A DNA stretch of 63,643 nucleotides, counting the filler, from Octopus bimaculoides (Eukaryota): assembly GCF_001194135.2 (NCBI RefSeq). It is 5 parts of 5 records of this genome, joined end to end, with 100 filler letters (N's around TTAATTAATTAA, not from the genome) between each part and the next. Parts side by side here need not be neighbours in the genome. Positions count along the whole stretch, not along the records: positions 1 to 25,058 come from NC_068989.1; 4 more parts are not named here. The stretch is one strand, 5' to 3'. Below the pieces are notes generated by a model that did no database searches, was not told the origin of the DNA, and worked only from the letters and a program-made list of their open reading frames with translations. Both the position numbers and the translations under genes were made by a program. This document shows positions 13,122 through 24,759 of the stretch, piece by piece (position 1 is the stretch's first letter; each line of letters starts with the position of its first letter).

Positions 13122-13285
13122 CGATGGGCTTCTTTTCAGTTTCCGTCTACCAAATCCACTCACAAGGCTTTGGTCAGCCCGAGGCTATAGTAGAAGACAC
13201 TTGCCGAAGGTGCCATGCAGTGGGACTGAACCCAGAACCATGTGATTTGTAAGCAAGCTACTTACTACACAGCCACTCCTGCGAC
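12890..13285 (-). mobile_element. SINE family S3, near full length (central (TA)n/(TG)n)
   Basis: Head caggagtggctgtgtagtaagtagcttgc on the minus strand. Other copies near 1-88(-), 21085-21370(-), 21595-21760(+), 40190-40465(+), 40695-40985(+), 54100-54420(-), 59590-59755(-), 63590-63643(+). Confidence 0.9.
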
Positions 13286-13989
13286 TATTATTTTATCAAC
13301 ATCGAAAGGATGAAAAGCAAAGTTGATCTCAGTAAAATTTGAACTCAGAACGTGAAGTTGGGAAAAATGCTGCTAAACACTTTTTCTGATGTAGTAATGA
13401 CTCACCATTCTGATACAAGTTATTATTAACATATTAATGTGGTAAAAAAAAAACAAAAAAAACAACTACATATACCTTAGAATCCAGTGAATGTGTGAGA
13501 ATACCTATAAAATATAATCTGGGTTACGTGTCCACCTAAACCAACGTTTTCAAATACTTTTTATTCTCGGGGTACCCTTGACATATATTTGATGTCTTAA
13601 GGAACCTCTATTGAAGAGTTAAATATCTTTATCCATCTTTTTCTCTCTCTTTCGTAAATTTCGTAAGACATTAAATCATAAAAATGTCTTTGAAAGATTT
13701 AGTACAAGGAATGTTTAAAAGATTTGGTCTAAACAAGGTCTTTCCTATCGGGTCTATATACTACTTACAGATACGAGGATTTCCCTATCAGAGGATTTAC
13801 GCATGCATGCATAATAAAATTATGATTATTGATCTTAAAAAAAAAATACATTCGCAAATAATTGACCTACTTATCACTATTTCCCCTTGTGACCTCTTGC
13901 TGAACCCTAGGGTTCCAGAGAACCTCAGTAAAGAAATATTGATTTAATCTGTGGAAGTTTATAAACTGAAGATGAGATATGATGAAATG

Positions 13990-14372
13990 TTCTTGTGGTT
14001 GTGTGGTAAGAAGCATGCTTCTCAACCACATGATCCTGGTTTCAGTCCCACTGTGTGACACCTTGGGCAAGTGTTTTCTACTATAGCCTTAGGCCAATCA
14101 AAGCCTTCTGAGTGAATTTGGTAGACAGAAACTGAAAGAAACTCATTGTATAAATATGTGTGTGTGTGTGTCTTTGTCCACCTCTACCACTTGACAACTG
14201 GTGTTGGTGTGTTTATGTCCCTGTAACTTAGTGGTTTGGTAAGAGAGAACGATAGAATAAGTACCAATCTAAAAAAAAAAGTACTGGGCTTGATTCAGTC
14301 AACTAAAAGTTCTTCAAGGTGGTGCCCAAGCATGGCCGCAGTCTAATGACTGAAACAAGTAAAAGGTAAAAG
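13990..14372 (+). mobile_element. SINE family S3, more diverged copy in the opposite orientation
   Basis: gtggttgtgtggtaagaagc...ccttgggcaagtg...atgactgaaacaagtaaaaggtaaaag. Confidence 0.88.
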
Positions 14373-14461
14373 ACAACTGGTCTTGAAAAACCAGAAACTA
14401 GATTATTTAACAGTATACCTTGATATATGTCTTACTTCAATAAAAAAAAGTATTAACTTAC

Positions 14462-14635
14462 ATTGCCTTTCAGGGTTGATAAAACAGGCTTTAAATTATC
14501 TATGAGGTTAATTTCCTTTAGAACTGGATCAACTTCATCTTCAGCAAAAATGTCAAATATAGCATTGAGAGCTTCAGCAACAACATGTAAACTCTTATCT
14601 TGACAGGCTATGTTCATCAAAGCTATACCAATTGG
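14462..14635 (-). CDS. HEATR3: HEATR3 penultimate exon, PIGIALMNIACQDKSLHVVAEALNAIFDIFAEDEVDPVLKEINLIDNLKPVLSTLKGN
   Basis: Acceptor cattttgcag, donor gtaagt, 174 nt, phase 0/0. D.SL.V..EAL.A.FD.FA is the conserved C-terminal HEATR3/Syo1 motif. Confidence 0.93.
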
Positions 14636-16744
14636 CTGCAAAATGAAGCAACAATACTAATTTAGCAAATATTTACATATCATTGAGTAAAACAGTAGAA
14701 TCCAAGGAAACTAGTGATAGTTTGTGTTAGCAGATAGTAGATGCAAAATGTTCAAAGTGAAATAGATTATTTTGCCATGAGGAAGGAGAGACAACATAGA
14801 GGAGAAAGAATTCATTTGTCTTACAAGAAACAAGGCAACTTCTCTTGTTATGGTATCACAATAAAGCGTAACCAGTACATTCTGGTACGGGGTTGGTGGC
14901 AAATGAAGATGAAGTAGGGTAGAGAAAACTTTTTAGTTTTGCCAAGTATATGACAATTTTCCGAGAAGGGATGGCATGATAAAATGCAGCTAGTACACTC
15001 TGTTAAGTGATTGGTGTTAGGAAGTGTATTGAACCTAAGAAACCATACCATGTAAAAGGCACCTGTGCCAGTGATATATAAAAGGCACCTAGTACACTGT
15101 GGAGTGGTTGGCATTAGGAAGGGCATCCAGCCATAAAAAAAAACCAAAACAGACTGGAGTCCAGTGCAGCTCTCTAGCTTACCAGCCCAGTCACACCATC
15201 TTACCCATGTAAGATGGTGTGACTATCTTCCCCACTTCTAGGGAAGTGGGGAAGATAGGCAGTAATTCTGACTATGATAACCAATCCAACCCAGCCAGCA
15301 TGGAAGACAAACACTTAATGATAATGAGAGGAGAGAAAGTGTAACATTCTCAGTGGGGCCCTTTATCAGAGAGAGATGAAACATTTAACTCTGTTTAATG
15401 AAAAATCCTGCTTAACACATTAGACTTTTCCACTTCTGCAAGGCAAAATAACTTAACCTTTTAGCATTTAGATTATCCTGTCAAATGTTTCGTTTATTTA
15501 GCCACAATCATCATCATCATCATCGTTTAACGTCTGCTTTCCATGCTAGCATGGGTTGGATGATTTGACTGAGGACTGGTGAAGCAGATGGCTACACCAG
15601 GCTCCAATCTGATTTGGCAGAGTTTCTACAGCTGGATGCCCATCCTAACGCCAACCACTCCGAGAGTGTAGTGGGTTCTTTTACGTGCCACCGGCACGAA
15701 GGCCAGTCAGTCGGTACTGGCAACGGCCACGCTTGAAATGGTGTATTTTACGTGCCACCTGCACAGGAGCCAATCCAGTGGCACTGGCAACAATCTTGCT
15801 CGAATGTCTTTTCACATGCCACTGGCACAAGTGCCAGGAAATCATGAATTATCTTGCAGCTTTGAGATTTCAATGTTGTGATTGTATATATTTAGAATGA
15901 CATTGTAAGGTAGGTGTGAGATACTGGATCTGACCAGCTTGAACATAAAACAAGTAAAATACTAGGGCCAGATGTGACCAATTTAAATGTACAGTGAGAT
16001 TTTTATCAAACTTTTTCTTTTTCATAATGAAATACTAACATAAAGATTTAAACTTACAACAATTTACTTCATATTATATAAATTAACGATTAGAATTATC
16101 AGTATATGTGGTTTGTAGAAATAGAATACAAGAAACTAGGCTAATTTCAGTAAGAGAGATGGTAACTGTGTTCAACCTTATATACAGACATTGATGTCAC
16201 TAGAACTTCTGTAATGAGTAATTCCAAGAATCCATTAGATAAATGGTAAGCTGAAATCAGGCTATTAATGAAGTAATCTAAAAGGAAAACCTTCAACTGC
16301 ACCAGATAGTGAGGCAATTATAATCAGTACAAAAATAATTAGATTTTTGTCTGCCTAAAAAACAAAAAGTCAAACTAATTCTGCATCACTGACTGTAAAT
16401 TGAGAATGCCAAAACTTTGTTCGTTATCAACAATTACAATGATTTCAGATTCAGCATAATTTTGATGGAAAATAACACAACACATTTAATACATCTTCTT
16501 TATTCTTCGGTAGAAAGTAAAGAACAAAAAAAAAAAAAAACTCTAGAAGGCTCTAACTACAGTTAAAAGGAAGACTGAAGGTTTGAAATGAGTCATTGCC
16601 AGGACTATGGTACAATGACATGCAAAGACCTGGTCTTTGATAACAAAACAGTGTCAATCATAAAAGTAACTATATTCTTTAATGTCTAAATATCTAAATG
16701 TCTGATGATAGCAAATGAGAATCAAGCTGGAAATTAAAATTCAA

Positions 16745-16925
16745 ATAAAAGAAGGTGGTGGTGGTGGTGGTGGAAGAGTATGAAGAGGAGGAGGGAGAAG
16801 GGGTGAGAGGAGGGGAGGTGTACGAGGAAGGAAGGAGCAGGAAGAAGAGAAGAAAGGGAGGAGTGTAAGGAGGAGGGAAGAACGGTATGAGGAGGAGAGA
16901 GGAGGAGGTGTTTGAGGAGGAGACA
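16745..16925. repeat. Purine-rich (GGT/GAG/GGA) low-complexity tract
   Basis: Read directly from the sequence. Confidence 0.9.
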
Positions 16926-16986
16926 ACTTTTAGACTCAGAGCAACACAGACAAAATTACAGAATTTGATTGCTAAAACAAAGTTAC

Positions 16987-17136
16987 CTTCAGTTCACAGT
17001 GAGTCGATGAATTTATTAGTAAAGTAGAACCAACTGATGATAAAACTCGAATGGAATTGATCCGGATCTGTTCATTTGGACTTTCCTGCATCTTTTCAAA
17101 CAAAACCATGGATTCAGCTGACATTATATCTGCCAA
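16987..17136 (-). CDS. HEATR3: HEATR3 internal exon, LADIMSAESMVLFEKMQESPNEQIRINSIRVLSSVGSTLLINSSTHCELK (5' boundary 17136 or 17166)
   Basis: Open frame, donor gtaact, phase 0/0. IRINSIRVLSSVGS resembles VRVNVVSILGITGS. Two in-frame acceptors are possible. Confidence 0.85.
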
Positions 17137-17314
17137 CTTGTAGAAGAAAATATGTATTAAAGCATTCTGTCAAAATGGTTAAATACAAGGTACAATCAGT
17201 CTGAATATAAGGCTTCCAAATCTCAACTTTAGGAATGACTAACATACAACAAAAGCAGGACAAATTATTAGCAGTGATGATCAGATTTAAATTATGCCTT
17301 CTAGTAGATGTGAA

Positions 17315-17710
17315 GTGGAGGCGCAATGACCCAGTGTTTAGGGTAGCGGATTCGCGGTCATAGGATCGTGGTTTCGATTCCCAGACAGGGCGTTGTGAGT
17401 GTTTATTGAGCGAAAACACCTAAAGCTCCACGAGGCTCCGGCAGGGGACGGTGGCGAACCCTGCTGTACTCTTTCACCACAGCTTTCTCTTACTCTTACT
17501 TCCCGTTTCTGTTGTGCCTGTAATTCAAAGGGTCAGCCTTGTCACACACTGTGTCACGCTGAATATCCCCGAGAACTACGTTAAGGGTACACGTGTCTGT
17601 GGAGTGCTTAGCCACTTGCACGTTAATTTCACGAGCAGGCTGTTCCGTTGATCGGATCAACTGGAACCCTCGACGCCGTAAGCGATGGAGTGCCAACAAC
17701 TACAACAACA
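17315..17710 (+). mobile_element. Full-length S1 SINE with 12-bp TSD
   Basis: TSD agtagatgtgaa at 17303-17314 and 17711-17722; (AAC)n tail. Confidence 0.95.
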
Positions 17711-18558
17711 AGTAGATGTGAAATGAGTCAATCTAAGTAGGATTTGAACTCAGAATGCAAATAGACAGAAATGAATCTGTCATCCACTTTAAAACATAAA
17801 ACCAGAGCTAGGAACTGAGCCTTACAATTTTACATTTATCTGTACATTGCTAGAAAAATAGAAGTCAAGAGAGTCCTAGCAGGATTTGAACTCAGTACCC
17901 ACAAATTAAATAGAGTAACATATCTCATCAGTCAGTCAAGTGTCTCAGCCATCCTCACCACCATCAGTGCAAAACTACCACAATATATATATACAAGCAA
18001 AGAAACTCCTACATAGTCATTCAACCTGCTAGAAATAGCAATCAGATCTCCTTTGCAGGACTGAAGCAAAATATGGAATACTGCTCTCATGACAGAAACC
18101 AGCGCAGACGCCAGTCAGGTGGCACTGACATCGGCCACGCTCCAATAATAATCCTTTCTACTATAAGCACAAGGCCTGGAATTTGTGGGAAGGAGGATAG
18201 TCAGTCACATCAATCCCAGTACTTGACTGATACTTAATTTATCAACCCCGAAAGGATGAAAGGCAAAGTCAACTTTAGTTGAATTTGAACTCAGAAAGCA
18301 GCAACGGGTGAAATACCACCAAGCATTTCGTGCAGAGTGCTAATGATTCTGCCTTGATGATGATGATGATGATGATGATAATAACAATAATAATAATAAT
18401 AATAATATAAATAAAATGTCAGTGTTTTGGTGCGTGATTTTTGGCCCACCCTGTTTATCAATGTTGATTCCTGAAAACTAATCTGAATTAGTATATCTTG
18501 GCATTTATGTCTGTTCTAAAGAAATGGAGAAACTCCCCAAGTTCATGTCACTACTCAC

Positions 18559-18653
18559 CTTAATAGTTTTGCACTCTGCAAATTTCTGAGCCACGGCTGA
18601 CAAAGCACTGCTCACAGCTTCTAGATAGTCAACATCACAGTTTATCTCTGAAT
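18559..18653 (-). CDS. HEATR3: HEATR3 internal exon, SEINCDVDYLEAVSSALSAVAQKFAECKTIK
   Basis: Acceptor cttttcctgtttaatatgacag, donor gtgagt, 95 nt, phase 1/0. VDYLEAVSSAL resembles human VDFLEAISSAL. Confidence 0.9.
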
Positions 18654-20008
18654 CTGTCATATTAAACAGGAAAAGATGATCAGAGATTTAACTAACAATA
18701 ATAATAATAATGATGAACTTATGGCAAACAATGCTCAGGTGCACTACAAGTCATCAGAAAAAGCAACCAAAACTACATGAACAGTAATACAGAATATATG
18801 CACAGGAAGAGAACTGAAAAACGTTTATATATCAGTAAAGATATAAATTGGAAAAGAAGCATCAAGAACAATATCATCATCATCATCATCATCACAACTG
18901 AACAAATTTTTTCACACTGGATTTAACCATGTAGACATTATAAGCCCAGATGCCAATCCACACACATACAGCAAAACACGTAGTTAAGTACTTTTCTCAC
19001 AGGGTTAAAAATCCCTCATAAACTACATTTTCACTAAAGCTATCATCATATGTCTAAATATCAACCCCTTGCTGACCTCACCAGTTTGGGAGGGTTTGCA
19101 AAATCTACGGGCACTGGCTCTCCTCTTCAAACCAAACAATTATTAAAACTGAACTTGTTTCCAGCAAATATCTTTCAGATTCACACTCCAACTAAGAGTA
19201 ATTCCTAATTCTCTTGTTTTGAAACTGATAAAAAAAATCTGAAGACCAATGATATTAAACTGGTGAAATTTTACCATCCACAAGTGCTTAAATAAAATAT
19301 CATTCAGTTATCAATTGTGAGACATTGATTGACTCTAGTATTAAATCAAATTGCCAAGGAGAAATCATATTGTAATTTAGGAAAACAAAATGAGAGAGGG
19401 AGAAGGTAAAATTGAGAATCTGAGAGCATTGGTGGTGATCTGAAAAGTATATGCTAACATTAACCCTTTAGTGTTTAAACCAGCCATATCCGGTCCAATA
19501 TATTCTACATGCTTTATATTCAAACTGGCGATATCTAGCTTCTCACACATAACCTACAGTGACATTCTCAAAATAAACAATCACATCATTGAAACATCAA
19601 AGCTATAAGATAATGCATGATTAATTCAAAACAATTTGAGTGAAAAAGTATTACATTTAACAGAGTAATCTGAACACTAAAGGGTTAAATTAAAGTCTAT
19701 TTCCTTAACACTGTAAAGCGGAGATACCAGACTACTGACAAGATCTGAAGTACAAGGTTTACAACTAAAGTCACAGCATTTGTGTTGTGCGGTAAATAAT
19801 GCTGTTTGTAAATCCAGTTTGTCTCTTTGAGACAAAACATAGGCAAGTACAGTTTACTGGTTAGTGGTGGCAGAAATAATATTTAGTCATAAAAACAGTT
19901 GCTCCCCCTTACCAATATGAAAGAAATGATGTAAAAAAAAACTAAAATGAAAAGAAATATTAAATAAAAAAAGTTCATGGTAAAAGAAAGCTATTCAATG
20001 TTGTTTAC

Positions 20009-20145
20009 CTTGTTTCATGTGACACATACTGACAAGTCCAGTCCAGATGCTACGCAATCGTTCAATTCCACCAATAGTTTCAATACTAAGTGATGAGATC
20101 ATATTAGCAGCACTGAGCAAAGCATGGACACGGAGTTGAAAAAGA
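20009..20145 (-). CDS. HEATR3: HEATR3 internal exon, LFQLRVHALLSAANMISSLSIETIGGIERLRSIWTGLVSMCHMKQ(D)
   Basis: Acceptor ttttttttgtttgtag, donor gtaaac, 137 nt, phase 2/1. Resembles the RAL..L..L..LGG..L segment of HEATR3. Confidence 0.88.
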
Positions 20146-20920
20146 CTACAAACAAAAAAATAGGTTTGGTTTAATGAACATAATGCAACAGTAAAATGAC
20201 TTAGGTATATTGTATCAATAAAACTATTTCTGCAACACTGCAGATTACAAAAATTTAAAACATAAATATGAAAGGAACATCTTTAAAAAACAAACGGTTA
20301 CACACAGATATGAAGAATATAGCTATCCACAGACAAAAACATCAGAAGAGAAACAAAAATAAATTGAAATAGCACAGAATCATCATTTCTATCCAAAGTG
20401 TCTTATACATTAACTGTTTCTAATGATTTCCTTGAAAATTATGTTGAAAATTGTTATATGAATAGTATTTTTCTTTATGCTCAAAAGAATTCAGCTTTCT
20501 CCTATTTTTCTGTAATTTTATTCAACTACAGAACAAAAGATATCTGTTGATTAAACCATCACTAACTCTCTGTAGTTTCTGTTAGTTACTAATTCACAAA
20601 GTCAAACTTATATACGCATATATTAGCTATAGAAACATCATTATTTTCTAATACCCAAAGCCAAAATATAAACCAATTTAACAAAGTCAGCTCAACTCTT
20701 TTCATTAGCTTAACTTGGCTCAGAAAATTCACAGCAAACTTTTCTCTGGAGCAAAACTGAACATTATATAAGAAAACTCCATTTCTAAGTTAATCAAAAA
20801 GAAGCTAGCTGCCTTAAATAGAAGTTGGCCTGCGTATTTTAGCATGCAAACACACTTTCTCAGTGTTGGTTGGCCAGCTTGTTTAAACTAATATACAAAC
20901 ACACAAACTAATATACAAAC

Positions 20921-20997
20921 CATTTGGCAATCCTTTTGTTTGGTGTATTCAAAGGGCAACTGGTTGACAATGGAGGACATTCGACTTTCTTTAGAAC
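20921..20997 (-). CDS. HEATR3: HEATR3 internal exon, VLKKVECPPLSTSCPLNTPNKRIAK(C)
   Basis: Acceptor ctctttttgaaactag, donor gtttgt, 77 nt, phase 0/2, matching the phases of both neighbouring exons. Confidence 0.8.
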
Positions 20998-21758
20998 CTA
21001 GTTTCAAAAAGAGATTATCAATCTAATAAAAGAAAAATAATATTTGATTGAGATTATTACTTCTCTATTTTCAGTTTCACTTTAGGATTCAAACAAGCCA
21101 AACAGCTACTTCAATTATTTGTACATTCTTGAAACTCCATATCTTTTATCTTTTACTTGTTTCAATCATCAGACTGCAGCCATACTGCGGCATCCCTTGA
21201 GGAATTCTTAGATGAATGAATCAACCCCAGGACTTATTTTTCAAAGCCTGGTACTTATTCTGTCAGTCTCTTCTGCTGAACTGTTAATTTAGGGGATGTA
21301 AACACACCAACACTGGTTGTCATGCAGTGGTAGGAGACAAGCATAGACACAAAGACACATATACACACACTAAATAGCAATACATAAGTACCTAATACAG
21401 TACATCATAATTAGTCTTAGTGAGGTACTTTTCAAAAGGGCTCAACAAAAAAATAAAATAAATAATGAATTGTTTAAGGCTATAATAGTAAGTATATAGT
21501 GAAAGAACAAACAGAAAAAGAGACTATTGATATAAGGCAAGGTTGATATAAAGAAACTGATTTGTAGCAGGTTTTCCACAACAGAACATTGGATGTGTGT
21601 GGTTAAGAAGTTCACCCTGAAACCATATGGCTTCAGGTTTGATCCCACTGGACGCTGTGCAAGTATTTTCTACAAGAGCCTTTCGTTGACTATTAACCTG
21701 AGTGCAATTTGGTAGAAGGAAATTGTACAAAAGCCAATCATATATGTATGTGTGTGTT

Positions 21759-21794
<36 letters not shown>

Positions 21795-21829
21795 AACATA
21801 AAAAATAAAATAATAAATGCGCCCTTTTA

Positions 21830-22050
21830 AAGCCTGGCCTGGTTTCCTGGTTTCAATGGTGTATGTGTCCCCAGCTGGATGGGACGCCAGTCCATCGCAG
21901 TGTTACTCATTTTTGCCAGCTGAGTGGACTGGAGCAACGTGAAATGAAGTGTTTTGCTCAAGAACTCAATGCGTTGCCCGGTCCAGGAATCGAAACCACA
22001 ATCTTACGAGCATGATGCTGACACCCTAACCACTAAGCCACGTGCCTCCA
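21830..22050 (-). mobile_element. tRNA-head SINE family S5 (cttgagcaa.acactt and gcgatggactggcgtccc core)
   Basis: Minus strand has A/B boxes (cttagtggttaggg, ggtttcgattcc). Related copies at about 25195-25365(+) and 32085-32240(-). Confidence 0.8.
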
Positions 22051-22637
22051 TATATATACACATACATATATATATATATCATCATTTAACATCTGTTTTC
22101 CATGCTGGGATGGGTTGGATGGTTTGATAGGAGCTGGCAAAGCCAGGAGCCGCACCAGGCTCCATTATCTGTTTTGGAATGGATTCTATACCTGGATGCC
22201 CTTTCTAATGCCAACTCTTCCTAATGTAACTTGGTGCTTTTTACATGACACCAGCAGCAGTGCTTTTTACGTGGCACTATCACCCGTACTTTTTATGTGG
22301 CACCATCACCAGTGCTTTTTATGTGGCACCAACACTGGTATCAATTCTGTTGTTGTGTATGGGTCTTCTTGAATATAATATAGTGGACTGGTCTTACACA
22401 CACAGAAATATATTTTATGTGTGTGGGTGTGGGCGTGTATGTTTATGCATTGATCTCCATTTATCTTTGCATTATCACCACTGGAGCAACAATGACATTT
22501 ATGTCCTGCAATTTAGCAATTTAAAGTGCAAAAGACCAGGGGAAGACCAAGGCAAGTTGGTGTCAAGAAGTGTATCAAGACATAAAATACTGCTTTAAGT
22601 CTCAACCAGCACAGAGAAAGTGAACGTAAAATTGCTG

Positions 22638-22844
22638 AAGGAGGAGGAGGAGGAGGAGGGAAGGAGGAAGAAGGAGAAAGAGGAGGAGGAAGAAGAAAGA
22701 GGAGGAGGAAGAGGAGGAGGTGGAAGAAGAAAGAGGAGGAGGAGGAAGAAGAAAGAGGAGGAGGAAGAAGAGGAGGAGGAAGAAGAAAGAGGAGGAGGAG
22801 GAAGAAAGAGGAGGAGGAGGAAGAGGAGGAGGAAGAAGAAAGAG

Positions 22845-22879
<35 letters not shown>

Positions 22880-22883
22880 GAAG

Positions 22884-22919
<36 letters not shown>

Positions 22920-22955
22920 AAGAAAAAGAAGAAAGTGGAGAAGGAGGAGGAAAAA
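22638..22955. repeat. (GAG/GAA)n plus (TAG)n trinucleotide tract
   Basis: Read directly from the sequence; it produces the spurious poly-E, poly-S and poly-L ORFs. Confidence 0.95.
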
Positions 22956-22988
22956 ATATAAGAAGGAAACTGATGACTCATTACTTAC

Positions 22989-23051
22989 ATGATTGAGAAT
23001 ATCAAATTTCACAAAACAATGGTGTAGTTCAGATGGAAGACAACAAGGAGG
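22989..23051 (-). CDS. HEATR3: HEATR3 internal exon (most 5' exon found), PPCCLPSELHHCFVKFDILNH
   Basis: Acceptor tttttgcctttatctag, donor gtaagt, 63 nt, phase 0/0. Resembles the PLCLSHEIH segment of vertebrate HEATR3 (recalled, not searched) and splices in frame to the next exon. Confidence 0.8.
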
Positions 23052-23296
23052 CTAGATAAAGGCAAAAATGAGATATGCATTAAAGTTTAATTACAACAAT
23101 TAAAACTACTTCAATGTTTAAAAATAAATGAAAGTGAAGCAGAAGTTACTTAGAAATAATGAAATACAGTTAACAAGAAATGTCTTGAAAAACAGTTTTT
23201 AGCTGTATGTAAATGATAAATGAACTTTCAGGATTATACATTTCTTGTGTAAGTACCATTTTACATATTAACAAATAATTAAACATTGCTGAAATA

Positions 23297-24164
23297 TGAG
23301 GAGGTACCCAGAAGTAACCCAAAACGTTCTCTGTGGGACAAGCCCATTGTAGATTAGGCTTTTGCAAATAGAAGCCATTTGATGCAACCCTCAGGCATCA
23401 GTCTGTCGACCAGTGTTATTCAGTGAAGTTGTACTGCCATGTGGTGCATCTATGTTTTGCAGTGCTTCTCCCCTGTTTGTCAATTTTTGCGATGGCTGAA
23501 ATGAAGGAACATGAAATTCTGTTTTCTGCTGGGGAAAACAATGGCTGAAATAGTTGTCATGCTTCAAACAGCTTACAAGGATGCTGCCATGAGCAAAACA
23601 GAAGTCTACAAGTGGTTTTCATGCTTTAGGAATTGTCATTTGTCACTTGAAAACCAAACTCATTCAGGGCAGCCATCACCAGCCAACTGACCAACTTGTT
23701 GATATGACTGATGTGTCCTGACAAATTTGTTGACATGACTGGTGCATCCTGGAGCTCCTGCTAATAAATTTTGAGTGAGGATTTGGAAATGAAAAGAACT
23801 GCAGCAAAATTTGTGCCTTGCTTGCTCATGAAATGTCAAAAGCAGTCACGACTGAATGCAAATTGTGAACTGAAAAAACAGTTGGAAGTTGATCTGGTCG
23901 TTTTTTCAAAGGTTTATCACTGGTAATGAAAGCTGGTGCTACAGAATTTGCAGATGTGGAAGAGGTGAAGGAAAAACCGATGGAGGCATTAAAAGGCATC
24001 ACTTCGCAAGAGTTCCAGCACTGCTTTGAAGAGTGGAAAACATGTCTAGACCGATGCATTGCTTCAAATGGAGATTACTTTGAAAGTGATAAAAGTGTAA
24101 GCATGTAAAACTAAGTGAATAAAATAATATTGTGAAATTCCAGTTTTTTGGGGGTACCCCCTTG
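23297..24164 (+). mobile_element. Internally deleted mariner transposon
   Basis: TA TSDs at 23295-23296 and 24165-24166; degenerate TIR (c/t)(g/a)agg.ggtaccc. Peptides VMLQTAYKDAAMSKTEVYKWFSCF (HTH), ILSEDLEMKRTAAKFVP and FQHCFEEWKTCLDRCIASNGDYFE. The central catalytic region is missing. Confidence 0.9.
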
Positions 24165-24195
24165 TACATGCATCTTTTTCTTCGGTCATCACCAC

Positions 24196-24645
24196 TATTT
24201 TTTTTTTTTTTTATGCCTTTAACCCTCCAACGCGGAGTATAGGCCACTTATAATTGAATTCCATGTCGCATAATTTTTCGCTTCTGTACTTATACTCTGC
24301 CATGAATGCCCCCCTTTCTCTAGGCCCTTTTGTGTTGATCTACGCCATGAATTCTTAGACCTACACCTCTTTCTATATCCATCCGGATTCCACTGTAAAG
24401 CACTTTTCGCTACATTTGATGTGTCTTTTCTAATTGTGCTACCAATCCACTTCCACTTTTTCTTAAATATTTGCTCCCTAATTGAAACTTGATTTGTTCT
24501 TTGCCATAACTCCATATTGCTTATGTGTTCGGGCCATCTAATTTTAAGTATACTATGCAAGCACCTGTTGATGAATGACTGTATTTGCTTATTTGACTTA
24601 ACTGTTGTTCGCCATGTCTCAGCCCCATACAATAACACCACTATC
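24196..24645 (-). mobile_element. RTE-clade LINE 3' end with poly(A) tail
   Basis: ORF 24219-24641 contains LLYGAETW, IRWPEHISN, WKWIG and ALQWNP.G.R; the T-run at about 24197-24212 is a poly(A) on the minus strand. Confidence 0.9.
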
Positions 24646-24759
24646 CTTGTTTATTAATGAAGCCACCACTCACAGTATTAGTAGCAGTAGATTCCTATCT
24701 CACTTCTCTTATTTAGTTCTCCAACATTACTGGTGAGGTCCACAGTAGTGTTACTTGTA

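Noticed and set aside
19082-19124. Possible HEATR3 cassette exon with donor gtgagg
   Set aside because: Purine-rich weak acceptor, no resemblance to HEATR3, and the flanking exons already join in phase.
22400-22510. Minus-strand HKCHCCSSGD peptide resembling the HEATR3 MCC.ED motif
   Set aside because: It lies downstream of the exon it would need to precede, lacks the acidic loop and has no suitable donor.
22595-23012. Poly-Glu/Arg, poly-Ser and poly-Leu ORFs
   Set aside because: They are translations of the (GAG/GAA)n tract. Only the 22989-23051 exon is real, and the 22602-23012 ORF merely reads through its donor.
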